A stretch of DNA of 32,000 nt from Cyanobium gracile PCC 6307 (lineage in GTDB: Bacteria; Cyanobacteriota; Cyanobacteriia; PCC-6307; Cyanobiaceae), in the NCBI RefSeq assembly GCF_000316515.1, contig NC_019675.1, forward strand, positions 1,171,964 to 1,203,963, in the 5' to 3' direction. A program made the translations under genes and the position numbers. Under the pieces are notes generated by a model that was given only the letters and a program-made list of their open reading frames with translations, was not told where the DNA came from and searched no databases. The stretch's first letter is position 1; every line of letters begins with the position of its first letter. Below are positions 19,604 to 29,092 of this stretch, piece after piece.

Positions 19604-21523
19604 ATGCCGCTTCTCCATCGCATCGCCAGACGACTCCCCAGCCCCCTGCTTGCCCCCCTCACTGACCAGAGACCCGCTGCACGTCTGATCCGGCATTCGG
19701 CGAAGAAGTACTGGAGGCTTCTGGCCCTCAACTTCTCCACCAGCCTGGCCGCCAGTCTCAGCGAGGGCGCCACCCTCGGGATCATCTTTCTTGCGGTCAG
19801 CCTGATCAGTGCTCCCGAGAACAGTGACTGGAGCAAGATGTCCGTTCTCGGATCTCTCAACCAGCTGCCCTGGCTGCAGGGCGGGCTGAACAGTGCCCTG
19901 AACACCCGGGCCGGTCGCGACAGCCTCTTCGTGCTGCTCCTGGCCACTGCCGTGGCCCTGCAGGGCCTGATGGCGGCGACCAGTTATGTCAACAGCGTCA
20001 GCACCGCCGTGATGGGTGCCCGGATGGGAACCGAAATCACCGGCAAGCTGAACGATCGGGTCCTCTCCCTGACTTTCGGCTGCGCCAGCCGTTACCGCGT
20101 CGGTGACCTGCTCAATTATGTCGGCTCCGGGGGCGGCACCGTTGAGAAGGAGATCAGCCTGGCCAACGGACTGTTGATGAACAGTCTGCAGCTGATCATC
20201 TACCTGGCCATCCTGGTGGCCATCTCCCCCTGGCTTCTGCTGGTCGCCTTTGCGATGGCCGCTGTCATGCAGATGGTCCAGAAGGTGCTGCTGCCACGGA
20301 TCCGCAGGAATTCTCAGGAGCAGCAGAAAGTGAGCGTCGAGCTCTCCAGCCATCAGAACGAACAGATCCAGGGTCTGCGGCTGCTGCACAGCACAGGCCA
20401 GCTCGAAAGCTCCAGAAAAAGGCTGAAGGCGCTGCTCAATGAAAGCAAGCGACTGTCGATACGGCAGAGCAAGCTTGCCAACATCGTCCAGCCGATTTCC
20501 AACATGCTGCCGATCATCTCGATCGCCATCATCGCGGCGCTCAGCCTGATGGTGTTCAAGGACCGCAGCAGCGGCGTCCTGCCGAGCCTGGTGACGTTCA
20601 TCATCGCCCTCCAGAGACTCAACCAGCGGGTCGGCAGCCTGACGGGCCTGGCCACGAGCTATGCCGCCAACAGTGCCAACGTCGAGCGGCTCAACCAGAT
20701 CCTGCGCGACGACGACAAGGAATTCATCCGCACCGGCGGTGTGCCGTTCACGGCCCTGCGCGAGGCGATCCAGCTGGATGATGTCTCGTTGCGCTACAGC
20801 CCCGACCTGCCCCAGGCCCTCTGCTCCATCCAGCTCGCCATCGGCCACGGCCAGACGGTCGCCCTCGTCGGCTCCAGTGGCGCCGGCAAGAGCTCCATCG
20901 CCGATCTGCTGGTGGGTCTCTACGAACCCACCGGCGGAAGGATCCTCGTCGACGGCGTCGACATGCGGACGATCAATCTGGCCAGCTGGCAGCAGCGCCT
21001 GGGGGTCGTCAGCCAGGACACCTTCCTGTTCAACGCCAGCATCGCCAGCAATATCGGCTTCGGCGTCGAGAACGCCTCCATGGACGACATCATGGCCGCA
21101 GCCACCAAGGCCCAGGCCTCCCGCTTCATCGCGGATCTCCCCGATGGCTACGACACCAAGATCGGCGAACGGGGCTATCGGCTCAGCGGCGGCCAACGCC
21201 AGCGAATCTCACTGGCCAGGGCGATTCTGCGCCGACCTGAGCTGCTGATCCTTGATGAGGCCACCAGCGCCCTCGACAGCCAGAGCGAACGGCTGGTGCA
21301 ACAGGCGATCGAACAGTTCGAACGCCAGCACACTGTTCTCGTGATTGCCCACCGGCTCAGTACAATCGTCAATGCCGACGTGATCTGTGTCCTTTCGGAG
21401 GGAAGGATCGTGGAGCGGGGCCGCCACCATGAGCTGCTCGCCCAGGACGGTCAGTACGCGAAGCTCTGGAGCGAGCAATCCAAACATCCCCAGCAGAAGC
21501 CGATGACTCCAGCCCCCGTCTGA
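19604..21523 (+). CDS. ABC exporter, fused permease + ATPase half-transporter (MsbA/PglK-like type)
   Basis: The N-terminal half is about 300 aa with 6 TM-like segments. The NBD has Walker A GSSGAGKSS, Q-loop VVSQD, signature LSGGQRQR, Walker B LLILDEATSALD and H-loop VIAHRLST. ATG 19604 is preferred over the listed 19502 start. Lower G+C than the core genes (31-34/60 in sampled lines). Confidence 0.9.
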   Translation: MPLLHRIARRLPSPLLAPLTDQRPAARLIRHSAKKYWRLLALNFSTSLAASLSEGATLGIIFLAVSLISAPENSDWSKMSVLGSLNQLPWLQGGLNSALNTRAGRDSLFVLLLATAVALQGLMAATSYVNSVSTAVMGARMGTEITGKLNDRVLSLTFGCASRYRVGDLLNYVGSGGGTVEKEISLANGLLMNSLQLIIYLAILVAISPWLLLVAFAMAAVMQMVQKVLLPRIRRNSQEQQKVSVELSSHQNEQIQGLRLLHSTGQLESSRKRLKALLNESKRLSIRQSKLANIVQPISNMLPIISIAIIAALSLMVFKDRSSGVLPSLVTFIIALQRLNQRVGSLTGLATSYAANSANVERLNQILRDDDKEFIRTGGVPFTALREAIQLDDVSLRYSPDLPQALCSIQLAIGHGQTVALVGSSGAGKSSIADLLVGLYEPTGGRILVDGVDMRTINLASWQQRLGVVSQDTFLFNASIASNIGFGVENASMDDIMAAATKAQASRFIADLPDGYDTKIGERGYRLSGGQRQRISLARAILRRPELLILDEATSALDSQSERLVQQAIEQFERQHTVLVIAHRLSTIVNADVICVLSEGRIVERGRHHELLAQDGQYAKLWSEQSKHPQQKPMTPAPV

Positions 21524-21572
21524 TGGCTTTCCCATTGCCCGGGGCGACCCTGCAGGAGCACGAATCTTTCCC

Positions 21573-22502
21573 ATGATCATTGCCTGCACGATTGATAATA
21601 ACTACATCCGGCACTGCGCCGTGATGCTGAAATCCCTGCAGCTCTCCAATCCAACCGAAAGCCTCAGCGTCTATATACTCCACGGCGTCATCGATGCCGC
21701 AGAACGAGCTCGGCTGGCGGCCTACCTCGGTGAATTTCTGCCTTCGGTCTCCTTCCTGCAGCTGGATGAGCAGATGCTCGCGGGTTTTCCCGTCTTTGGT
21801 CATATCAGCCTGGCCACCTATTTCCGGCTGCTGCTGCCGGCGGCCCTTCCCCATGCGGTGGAGAAGGTCCTCTACCTGGATTCCGATCTGATCGTCGTCG
21901 ACTCCCTGCGGGACCTCTGGGAGTCGCCACTGGAGGGAAACAGCATCGGTGCGGTGGAGGAACACAACCAGGACTTCGACCGCAACCGCCTCGGCCTGGC
22001 AGAAGGCTCCCTGGTCTTCAATGCCGGGGCGATGCTGATCGATCTGGGCCGCTGGCGCCGGGAGAGCATCCTGGCCAACGGGCTGGAATTCGCCCGCACC
22101 CATCCCGAGCGGATCAAGCACTGGGACCAAGACGTGCTCAATTCCCTGCTCGAGGCCCGCTGGCGGCCGCTCGACTGGCGCTGGAACGCCCTGCCCCACC
22201 TCTGGATGCATCCGGAGTACACCTGCGCCGACACCCCCTTGGGCCGGCAGGCGGAGCTGGCCCGGGCGAGCCCCGCCGTGATCCACTTCGCGGGCTCGGG
22301 GGTGGCCAAGCCCTGGCACCATCGCTGCACCCACCCCTGGCGGCAGCGGTACCTGGAGATCCGCCAGCAGACTCCCTGGGCACACCTGCCCCTGGAGGGC
22401 ACCCCCGACACCTCCCTGGGTGAACGGCTCGGACGACTGCGCTTCCGGGTCAAACGGGCCGGCAAGGAGATGCTCGGCCGGCTGGCCCCCCGGAACCGAT
22501 GA
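21573..22502 (+). CDS. Glycosyltransferase family 8 (retaining hexosyltransferase, RfaI/RfaJ-like)
   Basis: IIACTIDNNYIRHCAVMLKSL, ATYFRLLLP, VLYLDSDLIVVDSL (DxD), FNAGAMLIDLGRWR and WDQDVLN. Confidence 0.88.
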   Translation: MIIACTIDNNYIRHCAVMLKSLQLSNPTESLSVYILHGVIDAAERARLAAYLGEFLPSVSFLQLDEQMLAGFPVFGHISLATYFRLLLPAALPHAVEKVLYLDSDLIVVDSLRDLWESPLEGNSIGAVEEHNQDFDRNRLGLAEGSLVFNAGAMLIDLGRWRRESILANGLEFARTHPERIKHWDQDVLNSLLEARWRPLDWRWNALPHLWMHPEYTCADTPLGRQAELARASPAVIHFAGSGVAKPWHHRCTHPWRQRYLEIRQQTPWAHLPLEGTPDTSLGERLGRLRFRVKRAGKEMLGRLAPRNR

Positions 22503-24049
22503 CCATCCAGATCGGCGACCACCGGCTCACCTGCATCGGCTACACCGACAGCACCGAGGCGGATCTGCTGGGACGCTTCCTGCGCCAGGGGAGCCGCGCC
22601 CTTGCCGAGACGCAGGGGGAGTACACGCTGGTGATCGAGACCGACGCCGGGGACGTGACCGTGGTCACCTCGCCGGTGGGGGCCACCCATTACTACGTGC
22701 TGGAACACGACGGCCGCCTCTTCCACGGCGACCGGGTGGCCGAGATCCTGCGCCGCAGCGGCCTGACCTGGCGCTGGAACTGGCAGGCCCTCGGCGATCT
22801 CTGCCAGCTGGAGAACCTGACCGACAACCAGACCCTCCACCCGGCGATCCGGCGGGTGCCCCCCGGCAGCGTTCTCCACTTCACCGATGGCAGGGTCTGC
22901 CTCCACTCCGTCGCGGTCCTCGATGGGATCCCATCGGCCCCCGCCGACCCCGACGCCGCCGTCGATGCTCTCAACGACGCGGTCCTGCGGCTGGCGGGGG
23001 ACAACCCCTATCTGTCCCTGTCGGGCGGGTTCGATTCGCGGGTGATTCTGGCGTCGATGCTGGGCCAGGGTCTGCGGCCCCATCTGATCACGATGGGGCG
23101 GGAGGAGGCGACCGACGTCCAGGTGGCCCGCCGCATGGCCAGCCGCTTCGATCTGCCCCACCAGCTGATCAACCTGGACCTGGAGGAGTTCTTCGCCCAC
23201 GGACCCTGCATCTCCAGCCTCACCAACGGCACCAAAACCGCCTGGCACTGGCACACCTTTCTCTATCCGCTGAAGGCCAAGATTCCCGCCGATGCCACGT
23301 TCTTCGTCGGCACCCTGGGGGAATTCGCCCGCACTTACTACTTCGACCGGGGCTGGCTCGGCCGGATCGCTTCTCTGGCTCCCGAAGCCGCCTTGAGCCA
23401 GTTCTGGCGCCTGAAAGTGGAGCGTCATCTCAGCTTCTCAGCCGAGGAACTGCAGCATCTGGCCCCGCCGCTGGCCGCCCAGTTGATGCCGGAGGGTCGC
23501 AGCCAACGCGCCGCCAGGCTTGCCGGCTTCTGTCGGGGAGGCTTCCTCGAAGGTCTCACCCGGTACTACTTCGAGCAGCGGGTGCCCAATTTCTACGCCA
23601 ATGGGATCTGCATGTACCGGGCCTCCAGCGCCTGGCGATCCCCCTTCCACGACCGCCGCTGGATCGAAGCGATCTGGAATCTCCCCGATGGTTGGAAGCT
23701 GGGCTCCAACTGGCACCGCCATGCCATTGCCCGCAACTGCCCGGAGCTGCTCAGCTTTCCCGAGGAGAACGGCTTCGACAAGAGCCGGATGCTGGCCAAG
23801 GCCCCTCCCCTCTACTGGACGCCGCCCATGCGGAGGGCCCGGTACATCAGCTACGACCTCAGCGCCGACTGGTACCGCGACCCCAGGATGCACGCCTTCC
23901 TGCGGGAGCACGGCGGACTGATCGACGACCTGGTGGATCCCGACCTGCTCCGCCGGATTCTGGATGCCCATCGCAACGGCACCGACAGGACCCGAACCCT
24001 GGCTTTCCTGCTGACCCTGATCTTCTGGAAGCAGGTGATCACCCCATGA
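22499..24049 (+). CDS. Asparagine-synthase-like PP-loop ATP-pyrophosphatase lacking the N-terminal Cys nucleophile
   Basis: SGGFDS PP-loop at 23021-23038 (YLSLSGGFDSRVILASML). The N-terminal roughly 150 aa resemble a degenerate Ntn-glutaminase fold (GEYTLVIETDAGDVTVVTSPVGATHYYV..DGRLFHGDRVAEIL), but the protein begins MTIQIG with no Cys2. The start overlaps the GT8 stop (ATGA). Confidence 0.7.
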   Translation: MTIQIGDHRLTCIGYTDSTEADLLGRFLRQGSRALAETQGEYTLVIETDAGDVTVVTSPVGATHYYVLEHDGRLFHGDRVAEILRRSGLTWRWNWQALGDLCQLENLTDNQTLHPAIRRVPPGSVLHFTDGRVCLHSVAVLDGIPSAPADPDAAVDALNDAVLRLAGDNPYLSLSGGFDSRVILASMLGQGLRPHLITMGREEATDVQVARRMASRFDLPHQLINLDLEEFFAHGPCISSLTNGTKTAWHWHTFLYPLKAKIPADATFFVGTLGEFARTYYFDRGWLGRIASLAPEAALSQFWRLKVERHLSFSAEELQHLAPPLAAQLMPEGRSQRAARLAGFCRGGFLEGLTRYYFEQRVPNFYANGICMYRASSAWRSPFHDRRWIEAIWNLPDGWKLGSNWHRHAIARNCPELLSFPEENGFDKSRMLAKAPPLYWTPPMRRARYISYDLSADWYRDPRMHAFLREHGGLIDDLVDPDLLRRILDAHRNGTDRTRTLAFLLTLIFWKQVITP

Positions 24050-25263
24050 AGGTGGTGTTCGTTTCACACATGGCCACCCGCAGCGGTGCCCCCCTGCTGC
24101 TGCTGTGGCTGTTGCGCTGGCTGATGGAACACGGGCAAGACATCGAGCCGGCCGTGGTGCTGCTCAGCGATGGGCCCCTGCGGCCGGAGTTCGAAGCCCT
24201 CGCCCCCACGGTCGCCTGGAGCCAACCCCTCTTCCAACCCCTGCGTGAGCGGCTTGCCACCAGGCTGGGTAGGGGCACCCCCACCAGTCCAGCCGGCCTC
24301 CTTGAGGCTGCGATAAGGCGCCACAAGCCCGACTTGATCTACCTGAACACCTTGGTGCTGGGCAAGCACCTCAAGGGCCTCAGCACCGACCCGACCCTGC
24401 CAGCCTGTCTGAGCCACGTGCATGAGCTCGAAACAACGCTCGCCACGATGAGCACCCCGGAGGCTGTGGCCCGCCAGCTGGCCCTCTCCAGCGAAGTGGT
24501 GGCCTGCGCCGAAAGGGTGAAGCAATCCCTTCAGGCCCATCACGGCCTCCCGCTCAGCCGCTGCACGGTGATTCCGGAGTTCGTTCCATTTTCTGCACAA
24601 GACCTTGTTCCGACGACCGAGCCCGTCCCACCCCTGAAGGGGAACGCGGCGGATCCGCTCATGAGGCGCCTTGAGGTCGCCGTTGAGAACGGCACTTTCG
24701 TCTTCGGGTTCGCCGGCCAGGCGATCGCCCGAAAGGGGTTCGATCTCTTCCCGCAGCTGGTACGGGAATGCGAACGGGTCTTCGCCGGAACGCCCTTCCT
24801 TGCTGTCTGGCTCGGCGCCGCAGCGGCCCAGGAGCAGGTGATCGTGGCCCGACGAGATCTATGCCTGATGCAATTGGAACACCGTGCCCTGCTCCTCCCG
24901 CCCATGCCCACCGGCATCAGTGTCATCCGGCGCTACGCGGTCCATGGGTTGCTTTCACGGGAGGATCCCTACCCCGTGGTCGCCCTGGAGGCGGCCGTCA
25001 CGGCCGTGCCCACCGTGTGCTTCCGCAGCAGTGGGGGGATCGCGGACTTCGTGGCCGATGGCTGCGGCGTGGCGGTGGACTATCTGGATCTTCGGGCCTT
25101 CGCTACTGCCCTGCATCGGCTCAGCGCGGACCCGGAGAGCCGTCGGCGTCTGGGCGAGCGCAGCCGGGCCAAGGTGTTCCGGGAGTCCAGCATCGACGTC
25201 GTGGCACCCCAACTGCTGGCATCCATGGAGCGGGCCATGGCGGCCGGAGCCCGCCGTGGTTGA
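24046..25263 (+). CDS. Glycosyltransferase, GT-B fold (GT4-like)
   Basis: MKVVFVSHMATRSGAPLLL is an N-terminal Rossmann start. The C-terminal segment is SREDPYPVVALEAAVTAVPTVCFRSSGGIADFV..GCGVAV. The start overlaps the upstream stop (ATGA). The upstream part of listed ORF 22420..25263 is a shadow of the AsnB-like gene. Confidence 0.78.
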   Translation: MKVVFVSHMATRSGAPLLLLWLLRWLMEHGQDIEPAVVLLSDGPLRPEFEALAPTVAWSQPLFQPLRERLATRLGRGTPTSPAGLLEAAIRRHKPDLIYLNTLVLGKHLKGLSTDPTLPACLSHVHELETTLATMSTPEAVARQLALSSEVVACAERVKQSLQAHHGLPLSRCTVIPEFVPFSAQDLVPTTEPVPPLKGNAADPLMRRLEVAVENGTFVFGFAGQAIARKGFDLFPQLVRECERVFAGTPFLAVWLGAAAAQEQVIVARRDLCLMQLEHRALLLPPMPTGISVIRRYAVHGLLSREDPYPVVALEAAVTAVPTVCFRSSGGIADFVADGCGVAVDYLDLRAFATALHRLSADPESRRRLGERSRAKVFRESSIDVVAPQLLASMERAMAAGARRG

Positions 25264-26167
25264 GGCGCCCCTGCCCAGCTCCCGCCGCCTCTATGGCTGG
25301 CCCGAGAGCCCCGGCCTCACCGTGCCAGAGCGGTTCAACACCGATCCGGATCGACCGCTCTTCTCGATCGTCATCCCCACCCTCAACCAGGGGCCCTACA
25401 TCGAGGACACCCTGCTCTCGATCCTCTGGCAGGGCTACGACAACGTCGAGATCATCGTGGTGGACGGCGGCAGCACCGACGACACCCCGGCGGTGCTGGA
25501 GCGCTACCGCCCCTGGATCTCGGTGCTGATCAGCGAGCCCGACCGGGGCCAGTCGGACGCCATCAACAAGGGATTCCGCCGGGCCAGCGGATCGATCCTG
25601 GCCTGGCTCAACTCCGACGACCTCTATCTCCCCGGTGCCTTCCGCACCGTGCTGGAGGCCTTCGCCGCCCAGCCTGGCGGCCGCTGGGTGATCGGCAGCG
25701 GCGACATCATCAGCGCCGACCAGCAGTTCCTGCGCCACGTCCCCGCCCGGGCGGGATCGGAGCAGACTCTGCTGGCGATCGAGAACGACTGCTTCCTGCT
25801 CCAGCAGAGTTGCTTCTGGAGCGCCTCCCTCTGGCAGGAGGCCGGCGGGCAGGTGGACGAGTCCCTCAGCCTACTGATGGACTACGACCTCTGGTGGCGA
25901 TTTTCCCGGCGCTGCACCGGCATCGTCACCCAGGAGAAACTGGGTGCCATGCGCTACTACGCCACCGTGAAGACCCGCCGCCAGGGGGAACGGTTTCCGG
26001 CCGAACTGGCCACCATCTACGCCCGCTACGGGGCCAGCGCATCGCTCGATCGGCTGGTGCAGCAGCTGCTGGCGGAGACATCCGCCCTCGGCGAGCGGCT
26101 CTCGGCCCTGGAGCGCCAGCTGCCGGTGCGGCTGCTGCGTCGCCTGCGGCTGCTCCCCCGACCATGA
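25256..26167 (+). CDS. Glycosyltransferase family 2
   Basis: FSIVIPTLNQGPYIEDTLLSILWQGYDNVEIIVVDGGSTDDT and AWLNSDDLYLPGAF (DxD). The start is uncertain. GTG 25256 is the first in-frame start not deeply embedded in the GT4 gene and gives an 8-nt overlap. Confidence 0.85.
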   Translation: MVEAPLPSSRRLYGWPESPGLTVPERFNTDPDRPLFSIVIPTLNQGPYIEDTLLSILWQGYDNVEIIVVDGGSTDDTPAVLERYRPWISVLISEPDRGQSDAINKGFRRASGSILAWLNSDDLYLPGAFRTVLEAFAAQPGGRWVIGSGDIISADQQFLRHVPARAGSEQTLLAIENDCFLLQQSCFWSASLWQEAGGQVDESLSLLMDYDLWWRFSRRCTGIVTQEKLGAMRYYATVKTRRQGERFPAELATIYARYGASASLDRLVQQLLAETSALGERLSALERQLPVRLLRRLRLLPRP

Positions 26168-27048
26168 CGACACCCGAACTCTTCGTCGGCATCACCAGCT
26201 GGAACAGCGAGCTGTTTCTGCCCCACTGCCTGGAGGCCCTCCAAGCCACCACCGCGGACCTCCACACCCGCGTCTGCGTGCTGGACAACGGCTCCACCGA
26301 CCGCTCGGTGGCCATCGCCCGGCAGCGGGGGGCCGAGGTGGTGCAGCGCCGCTGCAGCCAGCCGGAGGCGCTCAATGCCCTGCTGAACCGATCGCGCTCC
26401 CCCTACACCCTGCTGCTGCATGCGGACGTGATCCTGCTGGCACCGGACTGGTTCGAGCTGTGCCGCTCCCGGCTGGGGGAGGGGGTGGCCCTGGTGTCAC
26501 CCCAGGACATCGGCTGCGGACCGCTCACTCGCCCCTTCGGCGCCGGCATGCCGGAGAGCTCCTTCCTGCTGATGCACACCCGGCGGTTCCTCCGCTGCCG
26601 GCGCCTCCACTGGCGGCGCAAGGGGCGCCTGCCGCGGCCCCGCTACGAGATCGACTTCCACGGCCCCCACATCACCCACCACCTGCCGCGGGAGCTCCAG
26701 CGGCAGAAGCTCGGCTGGGTGCCCATGGATGTCTACGTGTCCAACCGGGCCAGCGAACCGCTGTTCACGCCGGCCTCGCCACCGGCGGTCTGGAGCGACG
26801 AGCTGGCCTACCTGCGCTACGGCCTCGGCAACTTCTACGGCCTCGACGGCACCATCACCCACTACCACAACTGGTACGACCGGATCGCCGCCCGGGAGAA
26901 GAGTGAATCGGCACCGAACCCCGCGCGCAAGGATTTCCCGGTGGACTTCATCCGCTCCTACACAAACCGGCTGCTGGAGGACTACGGCGCCGGCCGGCTG
27001 GAGCTGCCCACCGACCTCAGCACCACCCGCACCCCCAGGGCGCTCTAG
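26164..27048 (+). CDS. GT2-like GT-A fold glycosyltransferase (non-canonical HAD in place of DxD)
   Basis: LFVGITSWNSELFLPHCLEAL...VCVLDNGSTDRSVAIA and TLLLHADVILL. The start overlaps the upstream stop (ATGA). Confidence 0.65.
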   Translation: MTTPELFVGITSWNSELFLPHCLEALQATTADLHTRVCVLDNGSTDRSVAIARQRGAEVVQRRCSQPEALNALLNRSRSPYTLLLHADVILLAPDWFELCRSRLGEGVALVSPQDIGCGPLTRPFGAGMPESSFLLMHTRRFLRCRRLHWRRKGRLPRPRYEIDFHGPHITHHLPRELQRQKLGWVPMDVYVSNRASEPLFTPASPPAVWSDELAYLRYGLGNFYGLDGTITHYHNWYDRIAAREKSESAPNPARKDFPVDFIRSYTNRLLEDYGAGRLELPTDLSTTRTPRAL

Positions 27049-27063
27049 CCCACCGCTTCCTTC

Positions 27064-28185
27064 ATGACCGGTCCCTCGTCGCCACGGCCGATCGCCGCCC
27101 ATTTCCTGCTGGTGCCGGAGCTGCTGCACTCGCCCCCCAACGAGGCGATCATCTCCGCCCTTCTGGAGAACGGCTACGACGTCCACGTCTTCGCCCCCGG
27201 TCCCTGCGGCAGCACCGCCCCCTACGGCGAACGGGTCAGCACCCACCTTGTGGCCTATTCGATGCGCTGGCTGCTGGCCCAGGCCTGGCGCCCCCGCTGG
27301 CGGCGGTACGCCTGCTTCTCGGGCACCACCGAGGATCCGATCGCCGTGGTGGGGGTGCTGGCCCGCCTGCACCGCCGTCCCTCCTTCATCCTGGGGGACG
27401 AGATCCGCGCCGGCAGCTACCGGGGTCCGCGCTCGGAGCGCTGGAAACGGCTCTGTCTGCAGGCCTACCGGCGGGCGCGCTTCACCATCGTCAACGACAC
27501 CCACCGGGTGGATCTGGTGCGCGACTACGCCGGCCTGCCGCCGGCCCAGCCGGTGCTGGTCTTCCCGGGCTGCTTCCGCCATCCGCCGGAGCGGGATCCA
27601 CTGCTGCGCCGGGAGCTCCGCCAGCGCTGGGGACTGGCGCCGGACGCCCTCACCCTGGCCATCTCCGGGGGCTTCAACCTCACCGCCGGCGCCGACTGGC
27701 TGCTCGACGCCCTGCACGAGGATCCGGCCCTCTGCGCCGTGATCCAGCCCCTGGGGGTCGATCCCCTGGCCCTCTACCTGCTGCGGCGCCTGAGCCTGGG
27801 GGGCCGGCTCCACATCGAGACCGGGCGGCTGTCCTGGCAGGAGGCCTGGCGATCGGCCGTGGGCTACGACATCGGCCTGGCGGTGTACACCAATCCAGCG
27901 CCCCAGTTCCAGGCCATGGGGGTCAGCTCCAACCGCCTGTGCATGTACCTGGCCATGGGGGTGCCGGTGATCTGCAGCCGCCAGCCCAGCTTCCAGTTCG
28001 TCGAGGACTTCGGCTGCGGCGTGATGGTCGACGATGGCGCCGGCTTCCTGGCGGCGGCCCATCAGCTCGGCGCCGACCTGGAAGCCCGCCGGGAAGACTG
28101 TGCCCGCTGCTTCCACGACCACATCCGCCCCCGGGAGCGCTACCGCGCCCTGGTGGAGGCGATCGGCGCCCTGGGGCGTCCCTGA
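27064..28185 (+). CDS. Divergent GT-B-fold glycosyltransferase-like protein
   Basis: 373 aa with real-looking composition. The C-terminal segment GVSSNRLCMYLAMGVPVICSRQPSFQFVEDFGCGVMVDD aligns by eye with the GT4 nucleotide-sugar-binding loop, but both Glu residues of EX7E are absent. The assignment is weak. Confidence 0.45.
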   Translation: MTGPSSPRPIAAHFLLVPELLHSPPNEAIISALLENGYDVHVFAPGPCGSTAPYGERVSTHLVAYSMRWLLAQAWRPRWRRYACFSGTTEDPIAVVGVLARLHRRPSFILGDEIRAGSYRGPRSERWKRLCLQAYRRARFTIVNDTHRVDLVRDYAGLPPAQPVLVFPGCFRHPPERDPLLRRELRQRWGLAPDALTLAISGGFNLTAGADWLLDALHEDPALCAVIQPLGVDPLALYLLRRLSLGGRLHIETGRLSWQEAWRSAVGYDIGLAVYTNPAPQFQAMGVSSNRLCMYLAMGVPVICSRQPSFQFVEDFGCGVMVDDGAGFLAAAHQLGADLEARREDCARCFHDHIRPRERYRALVEAIGALGRP

Positions 28186-28207
28186 GGGAGCACCCACCAC
28201 CGCCACC

Positions 28208-29092
28208 ATGAACCGCTCCTCCCTCAACCTGCGCCTCTACCTCGCCGCCCGGGCCGTTGTGCACAGCAGCCGCCGCCGCATCCCGCGGGCGCTGCTGCCG
28301 CCGCGGCGGCCCCTGGGCGATCGCTTCACGATCGCGATCACCACCTTCGAGGCCCGCTACGAGAGCTACTTCCGTTCCCTCTACCGCTCCCTGCGACGCA
28401 CGTTCCCCGAGGTGCCGATCCTGGTGGCCGTCAACGGCCACGGCGATCCGGCCAGCCAGAGCCGCTACCTGGAGCGGCTGTGCGCCGAGCTGGCCAGCGG
28501 CGAGCCGCCCCACTGCCGCTTCCTGCTGCATGAGCGGGTGGTGGGCCTCTGCCAGATGTGGAACGAACTGCTCCAGGCCAGCCCGACGGCCACCACCCTG
28601 GTGCTCAACGACGATCTGCGCATCGACCCCTACCTGCGGCGCTGGGCCGAAGCGATGGCCTGGGAATCGGTGGATCTCAGCCTGCTCAACAACACCTGGT
28701 CCCATTTCGCCATCGGCCGACACTGCTGGGAGCGGATCGGTGCCTTCGACCAGAGCTTCAGCGGCATCGGCTTCGAGGACATGGACTACACCGCCCGGGC
28801 CTCCCTTGCGGGCGTGGGGATCGAGGGCGTGGCGTGTCCCTACCTGCACCATGCCAATGACGAGCCCGCCACCACCTCCTTCGACGGCCAGTCGGAGCGG
28901 GTGTGGGGAAAGTACACCTCCGCCAACCAGGTGGTGTTCGTCCGCAAGTGGGAACGCTGCCCGGAACACGAAGGGACCTACATCCGCCAGCTCGGCCACC
29001 ACGTGCGGCCCGTCGCCCCCCTGCCGCACCTCCCCGTGCCGCCCCCGATCCCCGCCGAACCCGGGATCGTCTACCTGGATCGGACGCCATGA
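28208..29092 (+). CDS. GT-A-fold glycosyltransferase-like protein (GT2/GT7C-like C-terminal motif)
   Basis: FTIAITTFEARYESYF, LVLNDDL (DxD-like) and AFDQSFSGIGFEDMDYTARA (compare the GWGGED motif of galactosyltransferase-like GT-A enzymes). ATG 28208 lies inside listed ORF 28034..29092. Confidence 0.55.
   Translation: MNRSSLNLRLYLAARAVVHSSRRRIPRALLPPRRPLGDRFTIAITTFEARYESYFRSLYRSLRRTFPEVPILVAVNGHGDPASQSRYLERLCAELASGEPPHCRFLLHERVVGLCQMWNELLQASPTATTLVLNDDLRIDPYLRRWAEAMAWESVDLSLLNNTWSHFAIGRHCWERIGAFDQSFSGIGFEDMDYTARASLAGVGIEGVACPYLHHANDEPATTSFDGQSERVWGKYTSANQVVFVRKWERCPEHEGTYIRQLGHHVRPVAPLPHLPVPPPIPAEPGIVYLDRTP

Noticed and set aside
19229-21196. The upstream two-thirds of the 1052-aa minus-strand ORF (18038..21196), the longest ORF in the track.
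   Set aside because: This part is antisense to the well-supported ABC exporter gene and has shadow-ORF composition (Gly/Ala/Asp/Gln runs, no motifs). A proper signal peptide follows the internal Met at 19228. Only 18038..19228 is called.
19604-24049. Possible lasso-peptide (RiPP) cluster, given a Cys-less AsnB-like enzyme (cyclase-like) near an ABC exporter (McjD-like).
   Set aside because: There is no transglutaminase-like leader protease or RRE/PqqD-like gene, and no plausible short precursor ORF nearby. The AsnB-like gene is translationally coupled on both sides to glycosyltransferases, so a glycan-amidation role is more parsimonious.
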